Assembly: GCA_963824385.1 (NCBI GenBank)
Contig: CAWGPD010000002.1
Location: 32,001-96,000, forward strand
DNA length: 64,000 nt
Direction: 5' to 3'
From: an uncultured Nitrososphaerota archaeon
GTDB lineage: Archaea > Thermoproteota > Nitrososphaeria > Nitrososphaerales > Nitrosopumilaceae
Each line of letters opens with the position of its first letter. Position 1 is the first letter of the stretch. The notes below the pieces were generated by a model. That model saw only the letters and a program-made list of their open reading frames with translations, ran no database searches and was not told the DNA's origin. Below are positions 10,857 to 22,737 of the stretch, piece after piece. The position numbers were made by a program, and so were the translations under genes.

Positions 10857-11870
10857 TCATTGGATATTATCCTCAACAAATGATAAAACTTCATCCATTG
10901 TTGGGGGAATTCCAAGAGAATTACTGACATATAATGAGGCAGTGGCATTTGCAAATCCAAGTCTTTCCAGAGGATTTAGGTTAACAAGATAACCTAGTAG
11001 ATTTGCAGCATCCCAGACATCCCCAGCTCCAGTTACAAACTTTGGTTGTACCTGAAAAGATTTAACAAATTCAACCTCCTTTCCGTTTGACCAATAGGAT
11101 CCTGTAGAGGTATGAAGATCCATGGATATAGAAAATCTCTTGGCTAATTCAAGTACCAGTTTTCTGGTTTCATTTTCCCCAGAAATCACGTCTAATCCCA
11201 ACTGTGTGAGAAGAATATTACATTCATTTTCATTAATACATAAAGAATCCAAATGATCTGCAAGTTTGGTTAATGCATCTTTGAATTCTTTGGGTCTTGT
11301 CTGTATATCAGCAGGATCCAAGAAATGAAATGCGGATGAAGATTGTGAAAAGGCGAATTGTGAAAGTTCAGTTCCCTTTTTGTTACTTGCCCAGTTTGTT
11401 ACAATTACAGCATCTGCATTTTTTATCGCATTTTGCTCTTTCATTCCAAGTTTTTCAGGTCCAAAATTTTCATTATCACCTAAATCAGAGATCATTACGT
11501 TTACAATGTTTCCTGCATTGTTAAATTCTAGAGATGTTGTTCTACCTGGTCTTCCATCAATTATAAAAAGTGAGATATTATCAAATTCAGAAAAAGTTTC
11601 TTCAAGTATATGGGAACAAGTTTTATCTGCAATTGTAATTAATGATACTGGACAACCAAGTCTTGCAAGCGCATAAGCAACATTTGTTGCATTTCCACCC
11701 TTCAGATCTGTTTGCGAAATTCCTCGAATACTTCCACCCAGTTTACTTTTTTGTAAAATTTGAGTGTAAAGTTCATCCAAGTTTTGGATCCTGATGATAC
11801 GATCTAGAAAAAAATCATTTAAAACAACAACTGAGTTGGCTAGTTTTAGATTTTGTAGCTTTTCTAACAT
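10857..11870 (-). CDS. PfkB-family carbohydrate kinase
   Basis: GGNATNVAYALARLG, INENE, TGAGD. Confidence 0.88.
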   Translation of the reverse strand: MLEKLQNLKLANSVVVLNDFFLDRIIRIQNLDELYTQILQKSKLGGSIRGISQTDLKGGNATNVAYALARLGCPVSLITIADKTCSHILEETFSEFDNISLFIIDGRPGRTTSLEFNNAGNIVNVMISDLGDNENFGPEKLGMKEQNAIKNADAVIVTNWASNKKGTELSQFAFSQSSSAFHFLDPADIQTRPKEFKDALTKLADHLDSLCINENECNILLTQLGLDVISGENETRKLVLELAKRFSISMDLHTSTGSYWSNGKEVEFVKSFQVQPKFVTGAGDVWDAANLLGYLVNLNPLERLGFANATASLYVSNSLGIPPTMDEVLSFVEDNIQ

Positions 11871-11878
11871 GAAACGGC

Positions 11879-13504
11879 TTAGCCCATTGAAGGACCTCTT
11901 CCGCCGCCACCTCGGCCGCCGGATGAGGCAATAACATCATCTATTCTAAGTATCATACATGCAGCTTCAGTTGCAGATTTTATTATCTGCTCTTTTACTG
12001 CAACAGGCTCAATAATATCGATAGAAAACATATCTGCAACTCGAGTGTTTCTTGCATCAATACCAGTCCATTTCCTTCCTTGGCTGTGTTTTGCACGAAG
12101 TGTAACCATAGTATTGATTGGATCCATTCCAGCGTTTTCAGCAATTGTAAGTGGAATTATTTCAAGAGCTTCAGCGTATTTTTTGATTGCAAGTTGTTCT
12201 CTTCCTTCGAATCTATCAGCCCATTCCTTTAGATGAGAAGCCAAGTATTCTTCGGGGGCTCCACCTCCAGCTACAACACTGGCTTTTCTATTACATCTTT
12301 TACAACCATAAGTGAGTCATGCATTGATCTATCAACCTCATCAACTACTCTTTGTGATCCTCCCCTAAGTAATAATGTGATAGCTTTTGGATTCTTGCAA
12401 CCTTCAATGAAGACCCATTTGTCTGTCTCCACTTTTCTTTGTTCAACAAGTTCTGCTGCACCCAAGTCCTTTGGAATCATATCATCAATATTACTACTGA
12501 TTCTGCCTCCAGTTGCCTTGGCAAGCTTTGTCATATCACTTTCTTTTACTCTTCTGACTGAAAGTATGCCTTGTTTAGCTAGATAATGTTGTGCAATGTC
12601 ATCTATGCCTTTTTGACAAATCAATACATTTGCACCAATTTGATGAATCTTGTCTACCATAGATTTTAGCATTCTATTTTCCTCTTCAAGAAACATCTGC
12701 ATCTGAGTAGGATCGCTAATTCTAATTTCTGCACTCATCTCAGTTTTTTCTATTTCTAGAGCTGAATTTAGTAATGCAATTTTTGCCTTTTCTATTTTAG
12801 TTGGCATTCCACTATGAACAACTTCTTTGTCAAGTACTATGCCTTTGATAAACTGAGTATTTCTAATAGAGCCGCCTGCTTTCTTTTCGACTTTAATATT
12901 ATCTAAATCTACTCTGTGTCCATCTGCTTCTTTTTCTACAATTTGTAGAATTGAATCTACCACGAGTTTGGATAGCATATCACTATCTTCTGAGATCAGT
13001 TTTGACTGCATGCTAGTTTTTGCAATTTTAAGTAGGATTTCTTTTTCATTTGGACTTACTTGCTTTGCCATTTCTGTAAGAAGTAAGAGTGCTTTTTCTG
13101 CTGCTGCTTGGTAGCCTTCAATAATTACGGTAGCATGAACGTCCTTTTCTAAAAGCTCTTCAGCTTTTGCTAAAAGAGCACCAGCAAATACTACAGACGA
13201 TGTGGTTCCATCGCCTACTTCATTATCAACAGTTTTTGAAATTTCAACCATCATTTTTGCAGCTGGATGTTGTACGTCAATTTCTTTTAGAATTGTAGCA
13301 CCATCGTTTGTAATTGTAACATCACCTAAGGAATCAACAAGCATTTTATCCATTCCTCGTGGGCCAAGACTAGTTCTTACAAGTTCTGCAACTAGTCTTT
13401 GATGCGGCAATGTTGTTCTTTTGTGCATCTCTACCCTTTTGTTGTAATGCACTTTCTTTTAGTACTAAAACAGGTCCTTGTGGTGTTTGTTGAATAGATG
13501 CCAA
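11879..13504 (-). CDS. ths: Thermosome (group II chaperonin) subunit (apparent frameshifts at ~13396 and ~12279)
   Basis: [33 protein letters not shown]-terminus [17 protein letters not shown] read from TTG at 13504. Confidence 0.93.
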
Positions 13505-13549
13505 AATTAATTCTCTTAGTTCGTGTAATTAGTTGCCCCTTTTAATACC

Positions 13550-15330
13550 TTATCGATTAAGATTCAAGATCTTCAGATATATTCTATTTTTTACGTCTAC
13601 AACGCCAGTGTGTAAGATTCTGATCTCAGGCAATGCAAGAAATGGTAGAAAGAGAGGTATGAGATGAGGATTTTTAAATTTACACCCAGTTTCAGTTAGT
13701 TTAGAATCTATACTGGAATACTCATCTAAAGTTTTTTCAAAAGGTAATGCGGATATAAGACCAGCAAGTGGTAATGAAAATTTACTTAGTATATTGCCGT
13801 TTTTAGCTACCATCATTCCTCCTTGCATTTTGGTTAGATTATTTGCAACAAAAGCCATGTCTTTTTCATTTGAACCTATAACTATCATATCATTTTCATG
13901 AAAACTTTGTGTGCACCCAAATGCTCCTATATCAGCACCAAAATTTCTCAAAAATGCTACAGTTTTTTTTCCAGTACCATATGTTCTATCAATAGCAGTC
14001 TACCTTCCACACATCTTTATCATGTGATGGTATAACATTACCATTCTTTACTTGAAGCTCCTCGTGATCTATTTTTGTTATTATTTCCGTGTCAAGTCTT
14101 ATAACTAATGCTTGTTCAGTATTTCCTTTACCTTGTATTACAAAGTCTTTTTCTCTAAACTTTGTTCCTGTTTTTACAGTTTTTAGCATCCAACCTGGAA
14201 TCACAGTTTTGGGTATGTCTATTACAAGATTATTATGAGCCACCATTAATTTTCCGCCTACAAAGACTTTGTTTGGCTTGATCTTTTCTAGATCATCAAA
14301 AACAAGAATATCAGCTGAGCTTGCCAGGAGCAATTGCGCCACGATCTTTGTTCATACCATAATAGTCATAGGAATTCTTTGATGCAATTGTTATAGCGTC
14401 TATTGGATCCATGCCAGTAGAGATAGCTTTTCTTATACAATGATCAATCATGCCATATTCAACAAGATCACTTGGGTTTACTCCATCAGTACAAAACATC
14501 AGTCTGTCAAGATAGGTTTTATGAGATAGTATGTTAGGTAGGATTTTATCAAGATCTCGTCTTATAGAACCTTCTCTCATCATAACCCACATTCCAAGTC
14601 TTAATCGTTCCAGGACTTGATCATAGTCAATTGGTTCGTGACATGAGAAAATTCCAGAGGCGATGTAGGCATTTAGCTTTTTATCACTTGCACCAGCTGT
14701 ATGGCCATTTATGATGCCATTATTTTTTAAAACATGGCGTATACTTTGAATAGTTTTAGGATCTCTTGTTGTAACTTTGGTCCAAGAGAATACTTCGCCT
14801 AGGCCAACTACATTTTCTATGTCTAGCCCTTTTCGCTCTTCTTTCTTAGTTAATGTTCTTGCATGACTAAATTTTCTATCAACTGGTAATCCTCCTGGAA
14901 TTACATGATAAACTCTGATTGGTAGGCTCTGCGTCATTTTAACAAATTCCTTGAACCCTTTGTAACCGCAAACACTTACAACATCAATTGGGTCTGAAAA
15001 TAAAGTCGTAGTACCTGACAAAAGCGATTTTTTTGCAAGTTCGGATGGAAGGACATATTGATCTATGTGGATATGAGGATCAACAAATCCTGGTGTGATG
15101 TACCTATCCTGTAAATCAATTACTCCGGTTTTCTCTCCAACAGTATGAGATGCGTCTTTTCCTACGTATGCAATCCTGTCTTTTTTTATTGCTACATGAA
15201 TTTGAGGTATAATTTCTCTAGAATAGACGTTAACTAGTCTACAATTTTTTAATACAATATCTGCCTTGTTTTCACCCATAGCTACTGCGTTGAGTGATAA
15301 GATCATGGAGGCAAGTGAGCTGGCCTTCAT
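13550..15330 (-). CDS. ade: Adenine deaminase (apparent frameshifts at ~14317 and ~13999)
   Basis: PGFVDPHIHID, DPID, MREGS, FCTDG, IAPGK(L)ADI, FLALPEIR. Confidence 0.88.
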
Positions 15331-15396
15331 AGAAGAGATACGGTCAAGAGACTATTAAAGCGATGTTTAAATTACGGTCAACGCAGCTCATTTTTT

Positions 15397-15675
15397 ATGA
15401 ATATGCCAAAGGAGATCAATAGGTTTTGTCCCAAGTGTAACAAACACACAGTTCAAAAGGTTTCCATATACAAGGCAGGAAAAAGAAGAGGTTCTGCCAT
15501 AGGTGAAAGAAGACACGCAGAAGATAAGAAAGGTTATGGCGGTCAGAAATTTCCCAAGTTAGCAAAACCAGCAAAGACTACAAAGAAGATTACTCCTATT
15601 ATGACATGTCCTGAATGCAAGAAGAAGTGGAATGTATCCGGCATAAGATTAAGAAAATTGGAGTTAGTTGCATAA
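15397..15675 (+). CDS. rpl44e: 50S ribosomal protein L44e
   Basis: FCPKCNKHT, GYGGQKFP, AKTTKK, CPEC. Confidence 0.95.
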   Translation: MNMPKEINRFCPKCNKHTVQKVSIYKAGKRRGSAIGERRHAEDKKGYGGQKFPKLAKPAKTTKKITPIMTCPECKKKWNVSGIRLRKLELVA

Positions 15676-15872
15676 TGAAAAGAGCCCATATTTGGATACC
15701 AAAACCAGGTAGCAAATTCCAAAGAGTACAGTGTAAAGAATGCGGAGAAGAGAGTGTTGTTTACTCACATGTTTCTTCAATAGTTACATGCAAGGCTTGT
15801 GGAAATACTTTAGCTGAACCAACTGGTTCTATATGCAAACCAAATGGAAAAATTTTAGGTAGCGCAGATTAG
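15675..15872 (+). CDS. rps27e: 30S ribosomal protein S27e
   Basis: IPKPGSKFQRVQCKECGE...CKACGNTLAEPTG. Confidence 0.95.
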   Translation: MKRAHIWIPKPGSKFQRVQCKECGEESVVYSHVSSIVTCKACGNTLAEPTGSICKPNGKILGSAD

Positions 15873-16439
15873 ATCATAATCCTTTTTCGTATTCAAGTTA
15901 GTAGCTATTCTTTTATCATCAAGAATTACGTATGATTCTGCCACATACTGCATATTTTTAATCTGTTTAGGATCGATGATAGATATTCCAGTATAAGCAC
16001 ATTCTTCATTATTATAATTAACAAAAAATTCTACTTCAAATCCAAGAGATTGAAGAAAACTTTTCCTAACTAATATGCTTGTCCATGGATTTTTTTCATT
16101 TACTAATTTCATAATTTTTCTGATTATTTCAGAATCTAAAAGCGGCATGTCACCAGAGGTTACAAAAATTAATTCGTCAAACTTTGGAATAGACTCACCT
16201 AGATCGTTGACATATCCACTTCCCTTTGTTTCTAATATATCAACTCCCATTCTAGAAACAAATTCACGTGTCTTTGGTGCATTATCACTTGTAACACATA
16301 CTATCTTTGAGAAAATTTTCGAGTCGTCAAAAGCATTTAGAACGTGTTCGATAATGGGTTTTTTATATTTTAAAAGAAGTTTTTCCTCTGATAACTTCAT
16401 TCTAGTACCTTTACCTCCACACATAACTAATCCTATCAT
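15855..16439 (-). CDS. cobY: Adenosylcobinamide-phosphate guanylyltransferase (CobY-type NTP transferase)
   Basis: MCGGKGTRM, SGDMP, NLNTKKD; inside cobalamin cluster. Confidence 0.85.
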   Translation of the reverse strand: MIGLVMCGGKGTRMKLSEEKLLLKYKKPIIEHVLNAFDDSKIFSKIVCVTSDNAPKTREFVSRMGVDILETKGSGYVNDLGESIPKFDELIFVTSGDMPLLDSEIIRKIMKLVNEKNPWTSILVRKSFLQSLGFEVEFFVNYNNEECAYTGISIIDPKQIKNMQYVAESYVILDDKRIATNLNTKKDYDLICAT

Positions 16440-17162
16440 ACCGAAGCAAAAATCAATAGTGATGCAAGTCTAACCAACTCATTACTTGCTCCAAATACAT
16501 CACCTGATATCCCTCCAAAACTCCTATTTGCTACGGTAAGCAATAAAAAAGAAAGTCCTACGCATGATATGACTACAAATACTCCTGTCATTCCGCCCAA
16601 AATCACGGTGGGTATTACAGCCAGTCCTACACCTACAGCAAGTTTTCTTGGATCTTTCATGTATTGAGTAAAAGGAGAACTAAGTCCTTGCCATGCTGAA
16701 AGACCGCGGCTAGCCTGTATTATCATGGAGAGTTTGGCCATTAGTTCACTTAGCAGGATTGCTTCAAACAATACAAAACCCTTCATCATGGAAATAGCCA
16801 GTATCATGCCTGCAGCATATAATACCACGGTTATTACTCCCGCAGAACCAACTGCTGGATCTCTCATTGCTTTGAGTTTCTTTTCTTTTGTTCCTTTTGC
16901 CATCAACCCATCTGCAAAATCACAAAGTGCATCAGTATGATGGATTCCTGTAATGATGACAAGTGCGCCTGTCAAGATTAAACCAGTAACCAGAGGTTGG
17001 ATAAATAATGAGAGACCATAACCCGCTGCACCAATTATCAGTCCTATAACAGACTCCTGCAATTGGAAAAAGATACATGTTCTTTGCAACAGTTTCTAGC
17101 TCACTATTCTTAGAAGGAATAATAGTTAGAAATGATACTACTGATGATATGCCCTTAAACAT
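16436..17162 (-). CDS. cobS: Cobalamin synthase (apparent frameshift at ~17053)
   Basis: SFLTIIP, TGIHHTDALCDFADG, MRDPAVG, FGGISGDVFGA. Confidence 0.9.
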
Positions 17163-18147
17163 TAAACCACCAACCAAGAGAGTACAATAATAAAATCACA
17201 GGGATTGTAAAAATTAAAACAAATAGTATTGAAGTTATTTTCATAATAGAAATTGCAGATTTAAAATGTTGTTCACTTATCTCTGAATTACCATCACCTA
17301 ATACGTAATGCTCAATCTTTTCAAATCGAATTCCAAGTGCACCTGCTAGAGTTGCCATTGGATAACCAGCGTTTGGACTTTCAGTTTTTGGACCATCTCT
17401 TTTCATGATATGAATTGAATGCCTCCAATCTTCTTTTAGAATAATACAAGAAAATACCATTACAAGACTTGTGAGTCTAGAGGGAAGAAAGTTAAGTATT
17501 TTATCACAGCTGGCGGTAAACCAACCTACATTTCTAAATATTTCTGTCTTGTATCCTATCATAGAGTCGGCAGTATTTACAGTCCTGTAAACAAATGCAC
17601 CTACTAGGCCAAAAATTGAGTAATAAAAAAGAGGACCAGTTATGCCGTCAACAATGTTTTCGCTGAGGCTTTCTAGAATTGCAGAGATAATATGTTGTTT
17701 ATCTAAATTCGTTGTATTTCTCTTTACTATCATGGAAAGTTTTGCCCTAGCATCATCCAGGTCATTTTTTGATAATGCATTCATAATTTTTGATGCGTGA
17801 TTTTCCATGCCTTTTATTGCAATAGTAGTCTTTAGAAGAATCCCAACTGATATTATGCTTAAACTTAGGAATAAAATTTTGTAAATTCCATTTAAATCAA
17901 AATTTTCTACATATCTTAAGGTAGAAGAAAATGAGAATATCAAAATAGAAACTATTGTTACTATTGAAATAAGAAGAACCATCCCATTAATTTTTTCAAT
18001 TAATGGATTGATAGATCTTGCATATGGCACAAATTTTCCTATCAGTTTTCCCGCCCAAACTGTTGGATGATATCTATTTTTTGGATCACCAAATAAAAAG
18101 TCTAAAACAAGAGCAAGTATAACTGCAACGATAGGTATCAAAATCAA
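17155..18147 (-). CDS. cbiB: Adenosylcobinamide-phosphate synthase CbiB
   Basis: GDPKNRYHP, ESLSENIVDG, YRTVNTADSMIGY, SPNAGYP. Confidence 0.92.
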   Translation of the reverse strand: MILIPIVAVILALVLDFLFGDPKNRYHPTVWAGKLIGKFVPYARSINPLIEKINGMVLLISIVTIVSILIFSFSSTLRYVENFDLNGIYKILFLSLSIISVGILLKTTIAIKGMENHASKIMNALSKNDLDDARAKLSMIVKRNTTNLDKQHIISAILESLSENIVDGITGPLFYYSIFGLVGAFVYRTVNTADSMIGYKTEIFRNVGWFTASCDKILNFLPSRLTSLVMVFSCIILKEDWRHSIHIMKRDGPKTESPNAGYPMATLAGALGIRFEKIEHYVLGDGNSEISEQHFKSAISIMKITSILFVLIFTIPVILLLYSLGWWFNV

Positions 18148-18989
18148 TTTAACATATTTCCTATTTTTTTCATATCTAAATTTTTTTTCACAATATGGGC
18201 CAGATGATCTATTTCTTGATCTAAAGTTACAAGATATTTTTTTGTCCATGAAACTTGTTTTGGATTTGCATGTAAGGAATCCTCATCGGGGATATCAAAT
18301 TCAATTAGAGGAATTGTTCCTATTACAGGTCTCAAAGTTTTCTTTTGCAATACAGAATAACTTGGACGTAGTATGGTTACATCTCCCCTGAATTTGTTTA
18401 TGACAAATCCCTTGATGAATTTTTGATATTTTTTATCAAGAAGAGATAATGTTCCAATTATACTAGCAAAACTTCCTCCCTTATCGATATCAGTTACTAG
18501 AATTACGGGAGATTTACAATACTCTGCCATTCTCATGTTAGCAATGTCATATCTTTGTAAGTTTATCTCAGCTGGAGAACCAGCTCCCTCCAGTATTACA
18601 ATATCATTTGTTTTTAACAATTGGTCCAATGCATTTTTTGATTTTTTAAGACCTGTTGAGAGTGCAAATTTTTCATAATAATTTTTGGCATGCATTTTGC
18701 GATAAAATACGCCGTTGACAAAAACTTGACTTGTGTAATTTCCAATGGGTTTTAGTAAAATCGGATTCATTATTGGAATTATTTTGGTTCTTGCTGCAAT
18801 TGCTTGAATAGCTTGCGCCCTTGAGATTTCAAACTCTTTTTCAACATAAGAATATGATGACATATTTTGGGACTTGAATGGAGACACCTTGAACCCTTTA
18901 TCAGAGAGAATTCGGCATAGGGCTGTTACCAGAGTTGTTTTTCCTGCTCCAGAGGATGTACCCTGTATCATCAAAGTTTTTGCGGTCAT
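18144..18989 (-). CDS. cobQ: Cobyric acid synthase, short form without glutaminase domain
   Basis: QGTSSGAGKT, PFKSQNMS, MNPILLKP, EGAGSPAEINL, INKFRGD, EDSL; 281 aa. Confidence 0.88.
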   Translation of the reverse strand: MTAKTLMIQGTSSGAGKTTLVTALCRILSDKGFKVSPFKSQNMSSYSYVEKEFEISRAQAIQAIAARTKIIPIMNPILLKPIGNYTSQVFVNGVFYRKMHAKNYYEKFALSTGLKKSKNALDQLLKTNDIVILEGAGSPAEINLQRYDIANMRMAEYCKSPVILVTDIDKGGSFASIIGTLSLLDKKYQKFIKGFVINKFRGDVTILRPSYSVLQKKTLRPVIGTIPLIEFDIPDEDSLHANPKQVSWTKKYLVTLDQEIDHLAHIVKKNLDMKKIGNMLN

Positions 18990-20071
18990 AATTCTCTTAA
19001 CGCCTCAATTAGTTTGAGATTATCTTCATGCGTTCGAACTGCAATTCTTATGAAGTTATTATCTAGTCCACGAAATGTTTTACAATCTCTTATGAGAATA
19101 TTTTTCTTCAATAATTTATCTTGTACTTGATTTGACTTTATCTTTGATTTTATTAGAATAAAGTTTGTATCTGAATTGTAGCAAGTAAAACCCTTTATCT
19201 TCGATATAGAACCTATGAGAAATTTTGATTCCTTTTTTACAAGATGCAGTGTTTTTGATAAATGTAATTTATCAGATAGTGCGTTTATTGCAGATTTTTG
19301 TGCAATTCCACTAACGTTCCAAGGTATCTTAATTTTTTGTAGGATTTCAATCATTTTTTTGTTGCCAAGTCCATATCCAATTCGTAGTCCCGCTAATCCA
19401 AATGACTTTGTTAAAGATCTGAGAATAAAGAGATTATCAAATTCTTTCAAATATGAAATGACGCTCTCATTTCCAGCAGGAACTAACTCAATGAAACATT
19501 CATCAAGAAAGACCATTGTAGATTTATCATATGCAGATTCTAAGATCTTTAACATATTTTTTCTTTTTATGAGAACTCCTGTTGGATTATTGGGATTACA
19601 TAAAAATATGCAATTTTTCTTTGTAATCATGTCTTGAAATTCTGACAAGTTTTCATTCAAATTCATCGTTTTAAAAAAGGAAATTATTGCACCATTTAAT
19701 TTTGCAGCAGACTCGTATTCACCAAATGTTGGTATTTGGACTAGCACTTTTTGTTTTCTTAAAAATGCATTACAATAGTTATAGATTATTTCTGTTGCCC
19801 CATTACCAACTATAATTTGATTTGTTGGAATTGCAGTATATTTTTGAAGATGAGTTCTTAATTCACTTGAATTAGGATCTGGATAAACAGAAACTTGTGA
19901 AAGATTTTTGAAAGCATCTCTCACTCTAGGCGGAAAACCAAGAGGGTTAACATTTGAACTAAAATCAAGTAAATTTGAATCATTTCCAATACCACTTGAA
20001 AATATTCCACCATGAGCAACTACTTTGTGATTTGCTATGACCTTTTCTACTTTAAACCGCACATTTTCCAA
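18986..20071 (-). CDS. cobD: L-threonine-O-3-phosphate decarboxylase (PLP-dependent)
   Basis: HGG, DFSSNVNPLG, GNGATE, CNPNNPTG, RSLTKSFGLAGLRIGY; cobalamin cluster. Confidence 0.85.
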   Translation of the reverse strand: MENVRFKVEKVIANHKVVAHGGIFSSGIGNDSNLLDFSSNVNPLGFPPRVRDAFKNLSQVSVYPDPNSSELRTHLQKYTAIPTNQIIVGNGATEIIYNYCNAFLRKQKVLVQIPTFGEYESAAKLNGAIISFFKTMNLNENLSEFQDMITKKNCIFLCNPNNPTGVLIKRKNMLKILESAYDKSTMVFLDECFIELVPAGNESVISYLKEFDNLFILRSLTKSFGLAGLRIGYGLGNKKMIEILQKIKIPWNVSGIAQKSAINALSDKLHLSKTLHLVKKESKFLIGSISKIKGFTCYNSDTNFILIKSKIKSNQVQDKLLKKNILIRDCKTFRGLDNNFIRIAVRTHEDNLKLIEALREL

Positions 20072-20147
20072 ATATCCATAACGGTATTTAGTTGTGTTTT
20101 GTTCCTACTTCTAAAAGAATATTAATTGTATAAGCACAATTTTCATT

Positions 20148-21224
20148 ATGAAACGCGTAGCCATCATAGGAGTTACTGGTGCAGTAGGACAGGAATTTGT
20201 TCTTGCTTTAGATAAACATCCATGGTTTGAGGTAAAACAGATAGCCGCATCTGAACGATCTGCCAAGAAAAAGTTTGTAGATGCAATTAGAGATGAAAAC
20301 AGCGGCATCTTAAAGTGGCACTTGAGAGAGCCTGTTCCAGAATATGTAAAAAATATGATAGTAGATTCCGTAGAGGATATCAATTCAGATAATCTTGATT
20401 TGATTTTTAGTTCAGTAGAAAGTGAAGCTGCAAGAGACATAGAAACAAAATTTGCAAAAACTACCCCAGTAATCAGCACATCTGCAGCGTATAGATATGA
20501 AGCAGATGTACCTATTCTGATTCCTGGAATAAATGATGATCATATTGCATTATTAGATATCCAAAGAAAGAACCGAGGTTGGAAAGGATTTGTTGCACCA
20601 TTACCAAATTGTACTACAACAGGACTTGCAATTACGATGAGACCACTTTTAGACAAGTTTGGTGCTCAAAAAATAATCATGACTTCAATGCAGGCAATGT
20701 CAGGAGCTGGTAGATCGCCTGGTGTTTCTGCATTAGACATTACTGATAACATAATTCCATACATACCAAAGGAAGAAGACAAAGTAAGACTAGAAACAGG
20801 AAAGATACTTGGAAAGTTAATAGATGGAAAGATTGATCCAGCAAAAATGAAAGTTAGTTGTACATGTACCAGAGTTCCAGTATTAGATGGACATACTGAA
20901 ACTGTTTTTGTTGAGACTGCCACTCATGTTGATCCAGAAAATGTCAAAAAAGCCATGCAAGACTTTTCAAACAATGTAAGTGTTACAGGTTTGCCCTCTG
21001 CTCCAAAAGAATATCTCATGGTCAATGAAGATCCCACAAGACCACAACCAAGACTAGATAGAGAAATCAATCAGGGAATGACTACAGTTGTTGGAAGATT
21101 AAGAGAAGACACAGTGTTTGACAATGGTATCAAGTATGTACTGTTTTCACATAATGAAAAGATGGGTTCTGCAAAGGGTGCAGTATTGTTAGCAGAAATG
21201 TTATACAAAAAAGGTTACATCTAG
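20148..21224 (+). CDS. asd: Aspartate-semialdehyde dehydrogenase
   Basis: GVTGAVGQ, PNCTT, QAMSGAG, CTRVPVLDGH. Confidence 0.95.
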   Translation: MKRVAIIGVTGAVGQEFVLALDKHPWFEVKQIAASERSAKKKFVDAIRDENSGILKWHLREPVPEYVKNMIVDSVEDINSDNLDLIFSSVESEAARDIETKFAKTTPVISTSAAYRYEADVPILIPGINDDHIALLDIQRKNRGWKGFVAPLPNCTTTGLAITMRPLLDKFGAQKIIMTSMQAMSGAGRSPGVSALDITDNIIPYIPKEEDKVRLETGKILGKLIDGKIDPAKMKVSCTCTRVPVLDGHTETVFVETATHVDPENVKKAMQDFSNNVSVTGLPSAPKEYLMVNEDPTRPQPRLDREINQGMTTVVGRLREDTVFDNGIKYVLFSHNEKMGSAKGAVLLAEMLYKKGYI

Positions 21225-21300
21225 TAAATTATAGAATTATAGAAATTTTATACTAACAACTTTAATAAGATCCAATTATTCACAATAAATGGTATTTTGA

Positions 21301-21759
21301 ATGACAAAAGTTGATGATTTAGACATGATAATCTTATCGGAATTATCACAAGATGCAAACATCTCAGTTCCACGAATTTCAAAGAAGATTAACGTAAATT
21401 CTTCTGTAGTATATAGCAGAATTAAGAGATTAATTAAGAGAAAACTCATTGAGCGTTTTACAATAGTAGTAAATGATAGAGAACTAGGATATACCGTAAA
21501 AGCACTCACTGGAATAAACATGGATTCCAAGATGAGAGATAATGTGATTCAAGAACTAATGAAGATCCCAGAAGTAAGGGAAATTTCAGAAGTAACAGGA
21601 AGATTTGATATCATTGTAACCATGTATGCTAAAAATCTCGATGAAATGCACCGATTAATATCTGAAAGATTAGGAAGAATTCAAGGAGTTCAGCGTTCAG
21701 AGAGTTTTATTGAAATGAAAAGGACGACAAAACCAATGCCTTACAAACCAGCAAAATAG
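21301..21759 (+). CDS. Lrp/AsnC family transcriptional regulator
   Basis: VDDLDMIILSEL HTH plus EVTGRFDI RAM domain. Confidence 0.92.
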   Translation: MTKVDDLDMIILSELSQDANISVPRISKKINVNSSVVYSRIKRLIKRKLIERFTIVVNDRELGYTVKALTGINMDSKMRDNVIQELMKIPEVREISEVTGRFDIIVTMYAKNLDEMHRLISERLGRIQGVQRSESFIEMKRTTKPMPYKPAK

Positions 21760-21804
21760 TCAAAGTGACCTTTTCAACCTATAAATAAGTAATAAGTTCC
21801 AAAT

Positions 21805-22722
21805 GTGGGTAAGAGTGTGCTAACAACAAAAGCAAGTTCAAGAATTAAGGTGTACTATGAAGTTACCAAGCCAAAGATATGGTATCTCCTTGTTTTCACA
21901 GCGATAGGAGCAGCCTTTACTGCATCCAATCTATATCATATTCCAATATCAGCATTAACTTGGAGTCTTCTTGTAGGTAGTGTAATAGCTGGCTCTGCTG
22001 CTGCAAATACACTGACTAACTACAATGACAGAGACATCGATGCAATAATGGAACGTACAAAGGACAGACCCATTCCAAGTAGGAGAATTTTTCCTGCTGA
22101 AAAAGCACTATATTTTGGATTAATTCTTACAGCAATATCATTAGTTAGTTCCTTTGCCATAAACATATGGGCAGGTATTTTCATGGCCTTTGGACTTGCA
22201 GATAACATTTTGATTTACAGCAAGTTACTCAAAAGGAGAAGTAGAACAAATATTGTTTTAGGAGGTTTTTCCGGAGGAGCACCTGCAATGATTGGATATG
22301 TAGCAGTTACAACTACAGGCCTATGGGATTTAGGATTAGTAATGGCAGGATTAGTTTTTGTTTGGATCCCTATGCACATATGGAGCCTTACACTTCACGT
22401 CAAGGATGATTATAACAAAGTCAATGTTCCCATGTTAACTGCTGTAGAATCTGAAAAGACATCAGTTCGAGTAATTGCGGGAACAACTCTTATGATGGTT
22501 CTTTTTAGCATCCTTCCATTCTTTATGACAGGTACATCTGGAAAACATCTATTTCATGAAGTATATCTTTACACAGCAATTGTTTCTGGTGCAATAATGG
22601 TTGCACTAAGTATATGGCTACTTGTAAAACCTTCTGAAAGAGCATCATGGACATTGTTCAAGTTTTCAAGTCCATATCTTGCAATACTGTTTATTGCATT
22701 GATGATTGATTCTGCACTTTAG
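21805..22722 (+). CDS. cyoE: Protoheme IX farnesyltransferase (heme o synthase)
   Basis: TKPKI, DRDIDAIMERTKDRPIP, WIPMHIW. Confidence 0.93.
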   Translation: MGKSVLTTKASSRIKVYYEVTKPKIWYLLVFTAIGAAFTASNLYHIPISALTWSLLVGSVIAGSAAANTLTNYNDRDIDAIMERTKDRPIPSRRIFPAEKALYFGLILTAISLVSSFAINIWAGIFMAFGLADNILIYSKLLKRRSRTNIVLGGFSGGAPAMIGYVAVTTTGLWDLGLVMAGLVFVWIPMHIWSLTLHVKDDYNKVNVPMLTAVESEKTSVRVIAGTTLMMVLFSILPFFMTGTSGKHLFHEVYLYTAIVSGAIMVALSIWLLVKPSERASWTLFKFSSPYLAILFIALMIDSAL

Positions 22723-22737
22723 TTTTAAGATGTATTT

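Noticed and set aside
21227..21252. AATTATAG duplication upstream of the Lrp gene
   Set aside because: Low-complexity AT-rich sequence; too weak to call an operator
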